A DNA stretch of 64,000 nucleotides, from the NCBI GenBank assembly GCA_964057225.1, contig OZ059896.1:8246001-8310000 (forward strand), written 5' to 3'. Source of the stretch: Auanema rhodensis (taxonomy: Eukaryota; Animalia; Nematoda). The translations under genes were made by a program, and so were the position numbers. The notes below the pieces were generated by a model, which worked only from the letters and a program-made list of their open reading frames with translations, was not told the DNA's origin and ran no database searches. Positions within the stretch are counted from its first letter, which is position 1. Every line of letters begins with the position of its first letter. Positions 1 through 12,406 of this stretch are shown here, one piece after another.

Positions 1-486
1 GAGTTTCCAATAATATGAACTTTCTCCTCTAATATTGGCAACTAATATTGTTGCCTTTTGCCTGTATTATGTAGTTGTCATAAGTCTAATTCATGAAGTC
101 TCAAGTTTCGTTGAGCATTTCTTTTTTTTGTTTTCATTTTCTTGAGCATAATTTACGATGGGACCTTCAGGCAAATCAAATAGTGCGTTTTTAATATAAC
201 TCAGTGCTTTGATTGAGCACGTGCCTTTCTTCTCGGATTAAATTTAGTTATATCGAGGATAAGGTTCAGTATTACCCTTTAACCGTATTGTTAAGCTGTT
301 CTGGTTATTGTAATTCCTTAAAGGCAGATAATATTTGTATGAACAATTCCTTTTCTAAATGAAATTATTTATTACTGACAATAAATTAATGTAGTTTTCA
401 CACCATTCCTCAGTTGATCTTGGTTTCGGCCTATATATGCTTAGTTTTGGACTATGCCAGACATTTGTCGCAATATAGTATAGAAG

Positions 487-2297
487 ATGGCATGCTTCCG
501 TGGAACTGTTATTACTGGTTTTGAGGATGTTGCCAAGCAGGAGGTTAATAAGATGGGTATTCGGTCATCTTGTATTAGAGGAGCTGTGTGTTTTAATGCA
601 GAAATCGAGTTTATTCCTCAGGTCTGAGCTCGTCTGTTGCGTAATGTTTTTGACATCCTTCAGTGTTTACAATTGAGATCAATTGATAACTTGTTTGCCG
701 TGTTATATGAGAATCCTATTTCAGAATTACAGTCTCTGGATACTGAGGTAAAGGTTATTAAACAATAAGTTATTGTACGCGAAAAAAGTAAATTCCTTTT
801 CCTTTTTTTTGCATTTTATTATGAAGTTCTTGAAGAAGAAAAGTAAAATTTTGATACTTGATATGGTGTAGTATACTATACTTATATTGTGAAAAAGCAT
901 AGTTCTTGTTTGAAATTTTCATCCCTAAAATTTAAAACTAGCTTTGATAAAATTTCCTTGGATTTGGGCAATTTGATTAGCTCTACTTAGCTTCAAAAGT
1001 TTCAATTCAACCATTGATTTTCTGTGGGGAAATATCTCTCATATTAAAGGAAGCTCTAAATCAAATTAAATTGACAACCGAATATGTGAATTGGTCTCTG
1101 GGTATTAAATGCTGGCAAACAGCTTTTGCACGAAAAATTGCTGGAGGTCCTGAGGGTTTGGAGGTAAAGCAATTTCTAATTAGATGGTTTCTAATATTTG
1201 TTTGAAAGGAAAACATGCGGAAATATATTAATACCGGGATACCAACGGTTTCTGATGAAAACTCTCCAAGATTTAGGTTCTTTGTCGATTTCCAAGTTTA
1301 ATTAAACTTTCGTAATGAACCAATTCAGAGTAACTTGTAACCGAGCAGGAGATAAAAATCAACATAAGTTCTCATCAATGGATGCAGCCCGAGTAATGGG
1401 TGCTAAATTGAATAACATGTTTGGTTGGATACCAGATATGAAACACTTTGACATTGAAGTTATCCTGAATATTCGTTCAGAAATGGTTAGGTTTTTTTTA
1501 TTCTATAACATAACATATAAATTTCTGGTGTTCGTTATGATAGCTCTGAATTCGGATTCATTATTTCGTAGAAACATTGTTGCTTTTGGTCCAACTACAA
1601 TGCGCTCTACAATGTGCTACTGTATGGTTTCTCTTTGTAAACCTCAAAGAAGTTTCTTTCATCATAAGGAAACGTAAAATGCATTATTTTTCAGATCAAT
1701 TAATATTAGATCCAATGTGTGGAGGAGGGTCAATTCCCATAGAAGGCAGTTTAGCATTTCCTGAAACAATTTTTGTGGGTGGTGACCATCATGACAAAGC
1801 CATGGAGCGTTGCTACGAAAACTCAAGAGTATGTATCATCCAAAGCATTTGATAAAGGCGGTTTCAGAACTTGACCGGTAAACCTGATTTTTTGAAATGG
1901 GATGCTTTGAACTTACCGTTACTGGATGGAAGTATTGATGCAATTGTAACAGATTTGCCGTAAGTTATTTTTCCTATATTTTGGAAATTCCTACAAATCT
2001 GTAAAGGTAATAGCTATTTAGTTTTGGGAAAAAACTTGGCTCTACAATTGATAACAGAATTATTTATCCAAAGCTTCTGTTGGAGTGGCATAGAGTTGTA
2101 CACAAGGGGGGTCGAATTGTTGTCATGACTCATGATAAAAGAAGTCTAGGTTTGAATTTATTCATATATATATGTTTTAAAAATCATCTTCAGAAAATTC
2201 TTTGCGTTCATTAGAAGGAAAATTTAAAATAATTAATAAGCTTGCATGTAATCAAGGTGGACTGACAACAATCTGTCTTGTTTTACAAACGTTGTAG
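487..2297 (+). CDS. THUMPD3: THUMP-domain tRNA (guanine-N2) methyltransferase, THUMPD3/Trm14-like (about 10 exons)
   Basis: Hand-spliced protein: MACFRGTVITGFEDVAKQEV...LRSIDNLF...FRVTCNRAGDKNQHKFSSMDAARVMG...SLFRRNIVAFGPTTMRSTMCY...ILDPMCGGGSIPIEG (SAM-binding)...IDAIVTDLPFGKKLGS. Stop TAG at 2295-2297. Confidence 0.92.
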
Positions 2298-2425
2298 GAA
2301 AACTATATATGATTATATTGAATTGAATATAAAAATATAATGACACAAATGAAAACAATGCAAAAAATTGACGTTTATGATGAGAAATTATGAAAATGAA
2401 CTATTTCGAGTATGGATAATTAGTT

Positions 2426-3494
2426 TCAAACTTTCCGATTTATAAAAGGTCGTATAGGAGCGGGGAGTGAAGTCTGATAAGCTTTATAGGTTCCTACAGG
2501 CTGATAAAAAGGTGATGAGCCAATAGGTATCATTAATGCTCTTCGTATTCTGTCGCATTCCTAAATAAATTCCAATGACTTTTGCAAGAAATTTAAATAG
2601 TGCACACCTTCTCATTAGTACTTATATTGTTTTCGTTATTGAAAAGTACTTTTGTTGGAAAGCCGCTCTTTTCGCACAAGTTAGAATGTTCAATAGAGTC
2701 ATAGAAGGTGGCCAGATGGACAATCTGATTATTATATTTCAATTATATATTTCAAAAAATATTTATTTGACTCATTTTACATCAAATTTGATTATTTTCA
2801 AATATCAATATTTTAAGAAACCAACCTGTTTCTTATCCTCTCGCCATCTTCTAAGCTTACAAAATGTATATACTCCTAGTACTATAGTCAACACAAGTAT
2901 AATCGGTAGAAGAGAAAATGTTGAATATACTATAAAGAAAAATAATCAAATTCAAAGTAAGCTTATTGTTCCAGAAAGGAGTTTTCTCTAACTTTTCTTA
3001 TATAAGCGCTCTGAATAATTGAATAACAAATATGAGTTCTTCTCAGATTTGTTTTGCAACCTGGGATAAAATGTATTCATTATGGCCGGCTGATGTGTCA
3101 TATGTAGGAAAAATGTTTTTTTTTTCAAATGAAAGAAGCTGAATATATCTTAAAAACTAAACATTATTCCAAATAGTTGTCTGACTAACGGGCATTATCG
3201 AGCTTTCGTGTATAATATATAATAAATGAAAAAATATCAAGAAACACTTAGAAAAATATCAAAAATGATTTTTAATAGATTTTTAAGCGTATGTTGAAAA
3301 GTAAAGCCTTGTTTCAATGTTTTTTATACTTAACACGGAGAACGAGGTGTTTTATTCATTTTCGAGTAAGTAATATAAAAATAAAATTTGACTCGCTGAC
3401 ATTTCAATCTTGAAAGTTAGTTTGTTTTCCATTATATAATCCATATTTATATGTACACAAACACACAAACACATTCATGTATATTTATATATAC

Positions 3495-3535
<41 letters not shown>

Positions 3536-3645
3536 CTCCTTTTGAAATACTTACTATTTCCTCTAGATAAGTTGGAATCGCCAGATTTATGACCAGTTAG
3601 AAATGGAATATTTGTAGCCAAGTGATTTTGTATAGTCACCGCCAT
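2426..3645 (-). CDS. Uncharacterised single-pass membrane protein, about 148 aa, 4 exons (3645-3555, 2929-2826, 2724-2608, 2560-2426)
   Basis: All three introns are GT-AG and phase-compatible. Protein: MAVTIQNHLATNIPFLTGHKSGDSNLSRGNIYSTFSLLPIILVLTIVLGVYTFCKLRRWREDKKQIVHLATFYDSIEH...ECDRIRRALMIPIGSSPFYQPVGTYKAYQTSLPAPIRPFINRKV*. A hydrophobic helix is followed by a basic stop-transfer. Not in the ORF track; an upstream exon is possible. Confidence 0.72.
3458..3535. repeat. Compound CA/TACA/TA microsatellite in intron 1 of the membrane-protein gene
   Basis: acacacaaacac...atacatacatacatacatatatatatatatat seen directly. Confidence 0.85.
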
Positions 3646-5626
3646 CCATTCTAATTTTTTCAGTTTTTGTAAATCTCTAAAAATAAAAGTTTAAAATAGG
3701 TTTGACAAAGCAGAAAATAAGTATATTATAAAGGAACTGTTTGGTTTTTAATCCGAGCTATTTTTGAACGACAACAATAAATTATACAATTCATTTTGAA
3801 GAAATGGAAAATAGACAATGATTTTATATATTTTCTAAGCTAAATAAGAACCATTTTTCAACCTTCACACATTCATATTAGTGAGAGACGTGCTTATGGC
3901 GTTGAGCATACGCTTTCCAAGCTACATCTATTGCTACTTTCTCATTTCCCTGTTCCGTTTACATCTCTCATTCCATATATGCCATCTCGCGTTCACGATC
4001 TCTTTCACCTTTCTACTCACTGCTTTTTTTTGATATTTTTTTCCAGGAATTGCCAAAAAAAAATTCGAAAATATGAAGCTCTGGATGAAAACAATTATTC
4101 TAAGCAAGATTACATGCGAATACGGTTCTAAAACAAACATATACGTGCAGAGAATACAGAGAATACTGAACGACATGACAAATTCTAGAAATAAAAAAAT
4201 TAAATAGTAAAACTTGGTTATTAAATATTACATACCTCATTTTATTAATTAATAAGCTTTTGAAAAAAATAAAAGAAAGTAATATAGCATCAAATAAATT
4301 TTGTACACGTCATGATTTTATCTAAGGAATGAAATAGAAAACAAAAGAAACAATTCGCTGATGTTAGGTATTTTGAAGATTATAAGGAAAAAAAGATGAA
4401 AACGTTTTAAACTTCTTTTCATTGAAATTAATTTCAAGAATCAATGAATTCGAATAGCTGTTGCTTAGCAATTTAATAGAATAAATTAAGAAGATATATT
4501 CGAAGTTAGTAGCAAAACCTAATAACCAAATGATGTTATTTTTTGTTTTGCAAATCCAATAATGGAAAAAAAAACTCAATTTCTGTCTCTTTGGGATATG
4601 AAGAAAGATGTGGAAAAAGACTATGCGACCTGACAAGGCATAAACAACTCGTTTCAAAATGAGATCTGACGAAGGACAAACGTGCTTCATTCGGTAAAAT
4701 ATAAGCATATCTTAGCTGTTTTTTAAATAAAAGTGTGAGAAGAACATAATAACGAACCATTTCTTATTCCAGTTCCCATTAAATCTTCGGCAGCGAATGA
4801 GACGGAAAGGAGAACTTAAAAAAAACATAGCATTTTCAGGAATTTCAGTGTGGAACCCTATTTCTCTTTGTTTCTCTTTTCCATTCTTTTGAAAGCTGAA
4901 TATTCCGTTAAATTCTTCCCTGCTCTTCTATCGTTTACTTTTTTCTTTTTGCTCCTGCCTTCTATCTTTAAGTCTTCTGAAACATTCAAAGTTTCATTAA
5001 GGACCCTGGTGAAACAGCGGACGACAATTTTAAGTATTTCCATTCAATCTTTCAAATCAAGATGTTAATACTAGTTCAGCAAAATCTATGGGAAGCAGAT
5101 TTCTGAATTATAAAATAAATTGTTTCCAAAGAACGAATAGAAGTTCAGCTCTTCTTCCAAATATTTAAATGTTTATAGCTACTCGGAATCAGCGTAACTT
5201 TAACAAAATGGGAAATTTAAAAAAATAGTTTCAGTATAACATATTAATGAAAACTATTTATAAAACATTAGAGTTTGGTCTGTATCGTAAAGGTCAAAGC
5301 AACAAAAATACGATTAACCATTTTATAACTATAGCATCAACAACACTAGTTACATGTTCCCCATCTGTTCACAGAGACGAGGGCATGGAATGACCCCAAC
5401 CCAACTACACACACCAACGTACACTCATATGACATTTTATTTTTATTAACATATAGAAAAGTTTTATTTTATCAATAATACTAGAAACAATGACAAAATA
5501 GAATTTAAATTTTATTTTTAACTGTTTTTAAAGGAATAGTATCTTACAAGACAATTATGGATTGCTAATTTGCATTTCTAACTCTGTTTCACGTAAAACG
5601 TATTATTTTTAGTTGATAATACACTT

Positions 5627-6609
5627 ATGTGGTTAGCTTTTCTTGGATCCTTTATTCCCTTAATATTAACAATAATGGTATTTGGGTGCGGAAGAAAGCA
5701 GACAGTAAGTTATCCTGTTGAAAAAAAATTATTTAAAGAATGTAGAGTTTACTTGGAGAAGCTTCGAAACATTTTCAGAATCATGCTGTTATTCGAAAAA
5801 TTTTCAACAGTATGTGTTCATAGGAATTAGATGATTTGTATCGAAAACAATGACAAATTTTTGTTATTAAAAATATAAAATTATGATAAAATTTTGAACT
5901 TGGTTATGGATTTTCAGAAAACTTCTCAAAGTATTTCTCCAGAGAATTCACAAAATGAGAAAATAAGCCGGTATAAGATATTTACGTTTTTTGATATTAT
6001 ATTCGCATATATGTATATTAAATATGCTTCAAATTAACATGATTAAAATATCAGAATCATTTTTTGAGAATGCTTTTATTATTTAGTCAGTCGTTGGTTG
6101 ATTCAACTATCAATTCAGAAGATAGAATCACAGACTTGAGAAGCGTATCACCAAATGAGACACCAATCATAACTATTCATGGGCAACATAATGGCCTTAT
6201 ATTCAAGCCAACAGGTGGATTTTACAAAACATTTCTTGAGAACTCTGGCAGCAAAAAAATTGTTTTTAAAGTTAGTAAATATATCTGTGTTAATTTAATT
6301 TCATCGTTAATTATTCATAATTTAGATAAAATGTTCGGACAATCAAATTTATAAGTTTGATCCTGTTTATGATTTTATTGAACCATATAGTTCGACACAA
6401 CTTAATGTACTTCGTCACAATGGTGCTTCAAAAACGGATAAAATGATCATAGTTACAGGAGAGGTAAAATAGTTCAACTACATAATATGTTTCACAGTGT
6501 ACGTAACCTTATGCAGACTTTGTCCGAAACAAATATTAATCCCAAAGAAGAGTTTGAGAAACTAAGCGCTACAGATATATTAACTGTACCTCTTATAGTT
6601 AAATGTTAA
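5627..6609 (+). CDS. MSP (major sperm protein)-domain protein with N-terminal hydrophobic anchor (6 exons)
   Basis: N-terminus MWLAFLGSFIPLILTIMVFGCGRKQ, then an S/T/E-rich linker, then an MSP fold: LIFKPTGG...LENSGSKKIVFKIKCSDNQIYKFDPVYDFIEP...VLRHNGASKTDKMII. Stop TAA at 6607-6609. Confidence 0.85.
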
Positions 6610-6833
6610 AATTAAAATATTATATATTATATATAATTATATAATATTTGTTAAATGTGAAGTACTGTATCATATTTTTTATTCAGTTTTTTCTATTTTT
6701 TTCTTTACATAAAATATTTGTATAAATATATTGCTAAATATTGGTAAATAATTTAAAAATAAAGAAAATAACATTTTGAATTAGTGTTAACGTGTGTTTG
6801 AAATTGACGTAACATACGTCTTTCACGTCACGT

Positions 6834-6850
6834 AGATAAAAAGTATAAAT
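6834..6850 (+). promoter_or_regulatory. Putative GATA site (AGATAA) plus TATA box (TATAAA) upstream of the SSQ-like gene
   Basis: agataaaaagtataaat lies about 50-60 nt before ATG 6896. A GATA site near a TATA box is typical of ELT-1-driven nematode sperm genes. Confidence 0.45.
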
Positions 6851-6895
6851 AGCTGGAACTTCCATCTTACTGGCCATTTCAGCTCTGCTGTAACA

Positions 6896-7698
6896 ATGGA
6901 CCAGTCCGCATATTTCAATGTCCCTGGACAACCAAAAGCTAGTGGTGGAGCTCCCAAGTCTACTTCAGCAAGCTCTGGCTTTTCTGCTCCCAGTGGTGGA
7001 GCTCAATCATGCTACATGGGTGTAGCAGGCAATAAGGCTTCTCCAGCTGCTTCATGCTATATGCCAAGCCCTGGTATTAATAGTTATACCTGTTAACAAT
7101 TTAAATAATTACTTAGGATATGGAGGAGGGTATTCCAACACATCTCGCCCTGTCACTGAAGTTTCTATTGAAGGTTATTAAGAAGTCCGATTGTTTCTTA
7201 AAAAAAGTTATAATTCTAGGAGGATCGACCATGACTGCTCTTCCTGGAGCTGACATGAGTGGAGGTTCTACCATGACTGCTCTTCCAGGAGCTGACATGA
7301 GTGGTGGATCTACCATGACTGCTCTTCCAGGTGGATTCTCGGGAGGATCCACTATGACTGCTATTGGTGAAATGCAACCAATGTCTGGTTAGTTGTGACT
7401 TTAATTTTCTTTCACGTTGTTAACTACAGATGATACTAAAACTGCAATTGGCGGATTCGCTCCTGCACCAGCTCCATATGCTCAACAAGCAATGGGTTTG
7501 TTTATATTGTAAATGCTTATGATCCGAAATCCTTTAGGGGCTCAATCTGTTTACTGTGGTGTCAAGGGTCCATCATCATCTCCATCCTATGCTGCTCAAC
7601 GTTCAGCCCCAGCTCCAGCCAATGGAGGATCTGTCTACTTTGGAAGTTCATCTTCGGGATCAACTGGAATGCAATCTCAATACTTGGGTCCAAAGTGA
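6896..7698 (+). CDS. Sperm-specific class Q (SSQ)-like Gly/Ser/Ala-rich protein (5 exons)
   Basis: Exons about 6896-7073, 7117-7173, 7220-7387, 7430-7495, 7538-7698. Repeated GGSTMTA(L/I) and (Q)S(A/C/V)Y(F/M)G motifs resemble C. elegans SSQ proteins; the protein ends MQSQYLGPK*. Confidence 0.8.
7219..7365 (+). repeat. Coding 42-bp tandem repeat (GGSTMTALPGADMS, about 3.5 copies)
   Basis: ggNggNtcNaccatgactgctcttccWggagctgacatgagt units that differ mostly at synonymous positions; the third unit is shorter and divergent. Confidence 0.9.
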
Positions 7699-8260
7699 TT
7701 TGTATGTGAAATATATATATATTTATATATTTGAACTGATAAACTTTCTGAACTTAACACAAATGTTTAAACTATTAAAGTAATGGACTAAAAAAATTAG
7801 AATAATGCGAATAGATTATACAAATTCTTTCAACTATTTTCAAGTTCAATCAAGAGAAGTGTAACTAAGAATATCATTAAGAGTACTATGCTTACATCAT
7901 ATTGACATAGCCATCTTTGTTTCAATAGAACTTCAAAGAGATGTTTGTCTCATTATTTTAAAATTTTATACGAAGATAATTTTATCGTGGTTCATGCGCG
8001 GAAATTTAACTTCTTTAGCTGCACTTTTGAAAATCAAGAGCAATTTTTTGTAGTTACAGTTTGTCAGTAGATTTAATTCAGTATCGGTTTCGTGTCGTTT
8101 TGTAGCCATTATCTAGCAATATCTAAGTTAATAATGTTCAATTTTAAAAGAATTAATTTTCCGTCATACGAACAAATTTTTTGTTTCAAAGAAATATATC
8201 TCTCAGATAATCCCTCCCTTTTATTCAATAGCATATTCAATTCTTATTTTAGTTTCAGCC

Positions 8261-9581
8261 ATGAATTTGACCACGACGCCTGAAGGACGACCACTGGCTG
8301 TCTTCACTTTTGCGGTATAAGAAAAAAACTTATTAATTTTTACATATATTCATTCTTTAGACGGCTTTCACAGGCATGTGCGTTAATTGGTATGTTCTAA
8401 TTTTTATTGGAAGAGTATCAACTCTTCGAAATTCGTTTGGGCAATTGACCGCTGCACATGCAACTGCAGAAACATTTTTACTGACAGTGTTTGCATTTTA
8501 TTTTTGTCCTCTAGTATTCTTGTAAGTATATACTGGTATATAAAACATAATTATTTCACATTTTCAGTGAAACTGAAGTTTTAAAGAATTTAGCTCATTA
8601 CTTCGCTGTTTTCTTATTAGTTTGTTATGATGTTTGCAATTATTGCCATCTTTTGATTTCCATGAATCGTTTGACTGCTATCATGTTACCTTTACATTAT
8701 GATACCATCTTCAGGTATAATAGAAATTATTTTTTTCACCAATTCATATTACATATTCGTAAATTTTAGTTCAAAAAATACAAGACGAGCAGTAATAGCT
8801 GTGTGGATTATTTCTATTTTAACTTGTCTCTGGCTTTATGGTTTGGGTATGTTTCTTATACTCCGAAATGCATTTACTATTTATTAATATTTTTTAGAAG
8901 ATTGTGGTTTATTTTATGCAAATGATTATTGGCATTTTCAATTTCGAACAAATCCTGTTTGTAACACTATCGTGTGGTATGGCGATTTTGTTAAAGATTT
9001 TACAATGGTTATTATAATTGTGGTTGTGGACACAATTACCGTTTGCAGAGTTGCTGCTTTGAAAGCCAGAGTAATTTATTGTATGAACATTTATATCAGT
9101 TGTATAATATTTTCAGTTTGCCAAAAATAGATTGTCTAGCAGAACAGTTGATGAGACAAAGTTTTTGAAACAAGCATGCGTGCAAGCCACTGGCTTTGCC
9201 ATTGAACTAGTATCTTATTTTATTATTGCAAATCGTGTAGAAAACCGATATTTGAAATATTTTTTAAGCTCATATGCTTGGATTCTCTTACACTCTGTCG
9301 ATGGGTAAGTATAATTTATAATATAACTCTCGGAAAGTACAAAATGCTTTGAGAACTTTATCATCTCTTTATTTTAAACTGAAAACGATGAAATCATTTC
9401 AACTAGCACTTTACTCGTATGAGTTTTGTATTCATAATTATCCTTTTTCAGAGCAATTACAATTTATTTCAATAAGGAATTTCGTGATTTCAAGAAACTG
9501 AGAAAGCAAAGTAAAGCTGTCGTTAGTGAGAAATGGAGCACAAAAGTTTCTGCCTTAAAGGTAGAAAATATAAATTTGTAA
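8261..9581 (+). CDS. Serpentine chemoreceptor, class x (7TM GPCR Srx), 7 exons
   Basis: Srx motifs: LRNSFGQLTAAHATAE, CHLLISMNRLTAIMLPLHYDTIFS.KNT, C...IVWYGDFVK, ETKFLKQACVQ, AWILLHSVDGAITIYFNKEFR. Confidence 0.9.
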
Positions 9582-10138
9582 TAAAATATAAATAGAATAG
9601 TAATTAAAATTCCTCTTGAACTTAACATATTATGGATAAGTGAGCAAAATAAAATTAAAAAAATTCAAACAGTTTTATGTATTTTTTTTGTAGAAATGGT
9701 TTCAGAAGGTTTTTAAATATTAATACGAACTAATGCTACTTGTTAATCTCGTTTCATTTTCATTATTTCAAATACTTATACAAAGATGTTTATATATGTT
9801 TCATATTTTCTATATTATTTATAAGTCTGTGGAAATAAAATATAATGCTAAGCAATTGTTTTTTTGAATTTACATCTCATAATTGGAACTATACAAAACA
9901 AAGTATTTTAAACTGTAATAATATGATAAATATAATTAATTGAAAACATGTACGGGTGGTATAATAGCCAATTAGTCACCAAAAAACATGTGGATGAAAA
10001 AATTGAGTGATCACACCTCTCGTATATAAACGAAACGACACAAATTTCATCTTCAAATTATGTTATTTTATTTGTTATTATGTAATACATATACACACAC
10101 ATATATATATATATATATCTGTATTTTGATTATTTCAG

Positions 10139-11002
10139 ATGAATATGCACCATCGACTCCTAGTTTTTCTTTCCGTTGTAGCTGTTGCTGCTGCTCAAGT
10201 AGCTAATGTTGCAAACAGAACAAGATTGTCAAAAATAGGCGCTACTTTTGGCGTGAAAGTATTCAATGATAAGCAAATGACTGAAGTAATAAGAACAGGC
10301 ATTATTATTAATGTTAATCAGTTTGATTTAGGTTTTAGCATGTGCTGATCCTACGATTTATAATACCGATACAATGGATAATACACAAAAAAGTATGTTA
10401 TTTTAAATAATATATTAATTTTTCAAATAAAATTTCAGAAATAAGAGAGTGTGCACTTAAAACATGCAACAAAGATACATTGGGTTGCTATCCAGTACTT
10501 TTGAAAGCTAACAGCGCTGGTATTCTATAATATTTTGTTTGAAACAAAATGATTTTTGTTGTTTAAGTTAACTCCTGCCTCAAAAAAATTGGAAGCAAGA
10601 AAACAGCAACAGATTTGTTAGATGCAGCGCTTGACGCTTCTACCCCAGTGTTGCGTGCTTTATTCAAAGAAGTAAGTAGATGATAATACTGCAAAATTTT
10701 CTTTAATTTGTTTCTCTTCAGGTTATAACAAAAGTTAAAAACGATAAAGGCAAAGGACTGAAACAATTAAATGTCTATGAGAATGCTTACAACAAAGTTT
10801 GTAACATTGTTAAAGTTAAGTTGATAAATGATGTTTGCGTTAAAATTCACAAGGTATTGAACCAAATATTGAAACAAAACGTGAATTGAGTTATTTTCAG
10901 AAAATGACCAACAAGGAATTTGGATGTGCCATACAGAACATTGGTGGATTAGTTAATTTGAAAGCAAAAAACTATAAATGCAATACTTTGCCTCAATCTT
11001 AA
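10139..11002 (+). CDS. Secreted basic, Cys-containing, probably all-helical nematode protein (6 exons)
   Basis: ATG directly follows tttcag. Signal peptide RLLVFLSVVAVAAAQ. Phase-compatible exons with about 9 Cys. Stop TAA at 11000-11002, AATAAA at about 11038. Confidence 0.8.
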
Positions 11003-11747
11003 GATTTTAACATTGTAAAGTCTATGTAACAGTAGTAAATAAAAATACTCAAATAATCTTGAAAGCATAATACACAGTGACGGTAAAAGTGCTTATACTA
11101 ATTAGGATTTCTAGTAAAACATTAATTTCAATGCCCTAAAGGTTTCAAAAATAAGTTAAATTGGCTATATTTGTACACAACTATGACGAAAAACATATTT
11201 TTAGTAGTACTATATTTGTTATTATATATTAATAATTAGTTTTGCAATTTTTTTTTAAACTTATGCTATGAATTCTCAATATAAAAAAGTTTCTTTGTAG
11301 ACAAATTTCATAGACGCGTGAAAAAAAATTGAAAGAATTATCTATCTATACTAAAGTATAATATACTTTGATCTTGAGAACATTCTCATAATTACGTATG
11401 TTTAAAGCTAGAATCGCTGTCTAAGTTCAAGTGATCTTCTAATTTGATAATGTCATAAGTTCTGAACAAATTTTTGTATTGCGCGGAGTAAGATATAGTA
11501 TTCTCCTATCTCCTATAATAATGTGTTCAGTCTGCTACAAATATTTCAATACATCATATGTTACTTGTGTTCACAAAACTAAATTGGATAAAAATAAAAC
11601 TTTATTATTACAGTATCACAATCATAAGGTCGGTCGAGTTGAAAAATCAGAGTGAGGGTAGGACAATATAGCTTATGGCAGAATGGAAAATATTTTATTT
11701 TTAATCAGTGTTCGATTATAAAAAATATTTTTTTTATTTCAAGTAAA

Positions 11748-12406
11748 TCATTCAATTATTTTTTCATTCTTTCTTTTGAATCTTGACCTACGATGATTGT
11801 TTCTCATGTGTTGAACGAGATCAGTAGTTAAACGAAATACAGCCCCACAAATAGCACAGCAATTCTCGTTTACTGCAGAAGCACCCATAGCAGTAGCAAC
11901 TAAAGGATTCACAGCAGAAACAGTAGTAGGGACTGAAAATAACATTTTATAAATCTTTTAATCTTTTTAATTCGAATTGTAGGCAAAAATGATTTATTTA
12001 CCTGGAGCTACTGTTGGATGCTGGGAAGTAGAAATATTAAGAATTGGTTTCTGTATTCGAGCAGGAGTTGTAACGTTTGACACAATTGGTGGATTCATTA
12101 ATCGCTGTCGCATTAAGTTTTCCATTTGTTGTTGTTGCATTCGGGCCATGAATGGAGCAATATTCAAATAGTTCTGAACAAGAATAAATAAATAGATTCC
12201 TTTATATACGGTAGACGTACCTGAAGAAACATGGGGAGCATTGGATTTGCTAGCTTTGCGAAATCGGCCGGTCCATCGTTTTGCTCATCAAATGAACCAT
12301 CCTGTGTCGGGCTTGAGCTTTTTGATGTATCATCGAATTTGACAGAATCGTCATCAACTGCCGGGTTCCATACACGGACCTTCTTAGCAATTGAACTGTC
12401 ACTCAT
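11748..12406 (-). CDS. Small single-C2H2 zinc-finger protein (PRDM8/ZNF488-type finger), 3 exons
   Basis: N-terminus KVRVWNP, Q-rich middle, C-terminus ENCCAICGAVFRLTTDLVQHMRNNHRRSRFKRK. Exons about 12406-12221, 12173-12002, 11932-11748. Confidence 0.85.

Noticed and set aside
1-240. Possible minus-strand exon(s) of a divergent gene at the window edge (e.g. QKATILVANIRGESSYYWKL)
   Set aside because: Truncated by the window; no consistent start or splice model and no recognisable motif.
2575-2991. 138-aa plus-strand ORF
   Set aside because: It is the antisense shadow of the spliced minus-strand membrane-protein gene.
3931-5068. Several short overlapping ORFs, including a 44-aa ORF at about 4073 and the Lys-rich 4858-5043
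   Set aside because: No motif and no phase-consistent exon chain; expected by chance in AT-rich DNA.
7219-7365. Regularly spaced repeats resembling a CRISPR array
   Set aside because: The units are contiguous in-frame coding repeats with no unique spacers, in a eukaryotic gene.
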